Source of the DNA: Pseudomonadota bacterium
GTDB taxonomy: Bacteria > Pseudomonadota > Gammaproteobacteria > Steroidobacterales > Steroidobacteraceae
DNA: 64,000 nt
Direction: 5' to 3'
Assembly (NCBI GenBank): GCA_021847105.1
Contig: JAJZUT010000018.1
Location: 13,526 to 77,525 of the forward strand
Under the pieces are notes generated by a model. That model did no database searches. It was given only the letters and a program-made list of their open reading frames with translations, and had not been told where the DNA came from. This document shows positions 62,158-64,000 of the stretch, piece after piece. How positions within the stretch are numbered: the stretch's first letter is position 1; every line of letters starts with the position of its first letter. The position numbers and the translations under genes were made by a program.

Positions 62158-62225
62158 AAATCCCGGTTTCCACCGATCCAGCAGGGCACCTAAAGGGTGT
62201 AGAGTGCAACTGAGGAGGTCAAGCC

Positions 62226-62486
62226 ATGCTCATACTGACCCGGCGAGTAGGCGAGACGCTGATGATCGGGGACGAGGTCTCTGTGACCGTCCTCGGCGTC
62301 AAGGGCAATCAGGTCCGGATTGGAATCCAGGCGCCGAAGAGCGTCGCGGTCCACCGGGAGGAGATCTATAAGCGCATTCAGCGGGAAAGAGAACAGCACG
62401 GCGGGGAGCCGCATCCGGATGCGGGTACTGCCGAGTCGGAGGGGGGCGAGGCGGCGAGAAAGGACGTGCAGGACGTCCTGATTTGA
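62226..62486 (+). CDS. csrA: carbon storage regulator CsrA/RsmA (with acidic C-terminal extension)
   Basis: [48 protein letters not shown] is the CsrA core. GAGGAGG RBS. alaS-csrA-tRNA-Ser order as in E. coli. Confidence 0.93.
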   Translation: MLILTRRVGETLMIGDEVSVTVLGVKGNQVRIGIQAPKSVAVHREEIYKRIQREREQHGGEPHPDAGTAESEGGEAARKDVQDVLI

Positions 62487-62613
62487 GCGTGCAACGCGCT
62501 TAGGCGTCCCAATCTCCCGGCATTTCCAGTATCATGCGCCCCTCTCGGCGGGGCAGAGGGCTGCTTGTACACCCAAGCATGCCAGCCACCCGAGAATTCC
62601 GCCTCAAAGTGCC

Positions 62614-62704
62614 GGAGAGATGGCCGAGTGGTCGAAGGCGCACCCCTGCTAAGGGTGTAAGGGTCAAAAGCCCTTCGAGGGTTCGAATCCCTCTCTCTCC
62701 GCCA
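62614..62704 (+). tRNA. tRNA-Ser (anticodon GCU), type II with long variable arm, CCA encoded
   Basis: Acceptor GGAGAGA/TCTCTCC, D arm GCCGAGTGGTCGAAGGC, anticodon stem-loop CACCC-CTGCTAA-GGGTG, variable arm AAGGG..CCCTT, T arm GAGGGTTCGAATCCCTC, then G-CCA. Confidence 0.93.
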
Positions 62705-62752
62705 AAATTTCTGCGAAAAATCAATATACTGCAGAATCTTCTGCGGGAATTT

Positions 62753-62802
62753 GCGTCGTGCGCACGACGCGGTGTCTGGCATGCGATCTCAGGCGATGCC
62801 AG
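62753..62802. other. two adjacent hairpins between tRNA-Ser and the convergent ATPase gene (likely terminators)
   Basis: Perfect 18-nt palindrome GCGTCGTGCGCACGACGC (62753-62770) and CTGGCAT...ATGCCAG (62776-62802). Lies in the AT-richer spacer following the tRNA. Confidence 0.4.
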
Positions 62803-62838
62803 GCGGAATCGCATTCTCTCAATGCACGCCGAGAGGCT

Positions 62839-64000
62839 TCAGTGAGGAATGTGATTCGGTGTCAGTGCGAGAAGAAACTCCTCGCACGGAATACACAATA
62901 CATCGTCGCGTTTGATTCGGTCCTTGCCTCGATAGAGCAGGAACCGCTGACTTTGAGGATAGTACTCGCCGAAGCTTCTGAGTGCCCGCAGATCCTCCGG
63001 ACGCACTCTTGTCGAATTCTTGACCTCAATCGCATGGATGCCGCTGGCTCCATAGATGATGAAGTCGATTTCCGCTTGTGAGCGCGTCTGCCAGTAATAG
63101 AGCTCGTGTGGGTCGCTTGAATAGGCGCACCATGCACGCAAGTGCTGTGCCACTAGGCCCTCCAGCGCAGCGCCGTCGATGTCCGCTACAGCGTCGAGCG
63201 GCCCGCTCGGGCGATTAGCGCGGAACACCCCCGTATCGAAGTAATAGAACTTCGGATGAGACGCGAGTTCGCGCTTTGCGCGCCGGGTGAAGACATTGAG
63301 TCGAAATCCTAGCAATAAGTCTTCCAGAACTTCGAGATAACCTTCGGCAGTCTTTCTGTTCACGTGGCAGTCGCGCGCGACCGATGCGAGGTTTAACACC
63401 GAGTCGTGCGAGTAGCTCATCGCTTCGAGAAAGCGAGCAAAAGATCCGATATTGCGGACCAGTCCCTCCATCTGGACTTCCTCACGCAAGTAAAGGCCGT
63501 TATAGGCACCCAGAAGCGCATCGGGATCGTGTGCGGCCCGAATGACCGGGAGCATTCCGTGTTGCAAAGCAGAGTTCAGCGTAAAGTCGCGGCCGAATTC
63601 TGCAGCCATGTACGGGTGCAAGTGCTTTTCTGCTGCGCGGCCGCCGAGCAGATTAATCCCTCCGCGGCGTAACTTACGGGCGCTCGATCCGGTCAGGACG
63701 AACTGGTGTCCTGTTTTTTTTCGATCAGAAAGTGGACGACCTCAAGGAGCTCCGGCAGCTTCTGAATTTCATCGATGAAGATCTGCTTGGCATGCGGATT
63801 GGCGTCCACCAGCTCACGCAATTGTTCGGGCCGGGCAGACAGCTGGCGTAACGTAGCGGGATCGAGCAGATCAATTCGCAGGGCATTTGGGAACTCATGG
63901 TTGCACCACAACGTTTTGCCCGTCCCGCGCGGCCCCAGGAGAAAAAATGATCTCGGCCGGCCGAGAGAAATCGAGGCGTAAATGCCATAATGCGACGCAA
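62839..64000 (-). pseudogene. AAA+ ATPase (AAA_14-like Walker A domain + DUF4143 C-terminal domain), disrupted by a 1-nt frameshift; 5' end beyond window
   Basis: The upstream frame reads ...FLLGPRGTGKT...IFIDEIQKLPELLEVVHFLIEKKQDTSSS*. One extra A in the A8 run would continue it as EKKTGHQFVLTGSSARKLRRGGINLLGGRAAEKHLHPYMAAEFG..., joining ORF 62839..63621 (DUF4143-like, ends ...EVKNS...). Confidence 0.75.
63714..63721. repeat. T8/A8 homopolymer tract at the frameshift point of the ATPase gene
   Basis: Plus strand reads cctgTTTTTTTTcgatc. The two reading frames of the ATPase gene switch exactly here. Confidence 0.9.

Noticed and set aside
63725-64000. 91-aa minus-strand ORF at the window end
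   Set aside because: It lies in an alternative frame overlapping the Walker-A half of the AAA ATPase. The ATPase frame (GPRGTGKT, DEIQ) explains the region.

Overview
No tools were run: every call rests on reading the supplied ORF translations and the DNA by eye (motifs, gene order, start/stop geometry), and none was checked against a database. The window is a visibly GC-rich (roughly two-thirds G+C by eye, not computed), almost fully coding chromosomal segment of a gammaproteobacterium-like organism.

Most of it is conserved housekeeping synteny:
- Plus strand: the distal dcw cluster (murD truncated at the window edge, ftsW, murG, murC, murB, ddl, ftsQ, ftsA, ftsZ), lpxC, a DUF721/M23-peptidase pair, secA, mutT.
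- Minus strand: yacG, zapD, coaE and the type IV pilus block pilD-pilC-pilB-pilA, then pilR/pilS.
- Further on: sucCD, nadE, bamD/rluD-pgeF, clpB, a fmdB-like gene, DUF502, an ADH, aspS, small accessory genes, mutS, an MFS/LacI pair, and pncC-thpR-recA-recX-alaS-csrA-tRNA-Ser(GCU).
- After the tRNA, at a GC drop, sits a frameshifted AAA/DUF4143 ATPase gene that runs off the window end.

The most unusual content is a ~9 kb seven-gene island wedged between pilA and pilRS. It holds a membrane-anchored GT2 coupled to a large GT-C-like membrane protein, a second GT2, a P4H-like 2OG-Fe(II) oxygenase, GtrA, a SAM methyltransferase and a TPR-sulfotransferase. I interpret it, by inference only, as a multi-step periplasmic glycosylation/tailoring system possibly aimed at the major pilin.

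Other points worth a second look:
- A textbook sigma54/IHF/upstream-site architecture in front of pilA.
- SucD fused to a ~95-aa lysine/alanine-rich basic tail.
- Two unusually long non-coding gaps: 561 bp upstream of secA and ~690 bp upstream of mutS.
- Overlapping divergent start codons of bamD and rluD.
- An orphan FlhE-like gene.

I saw no CRISPR arrays, rRNA genes or IS elements. The many long antisense ORFs in the track are treated as high-GC artefacts.
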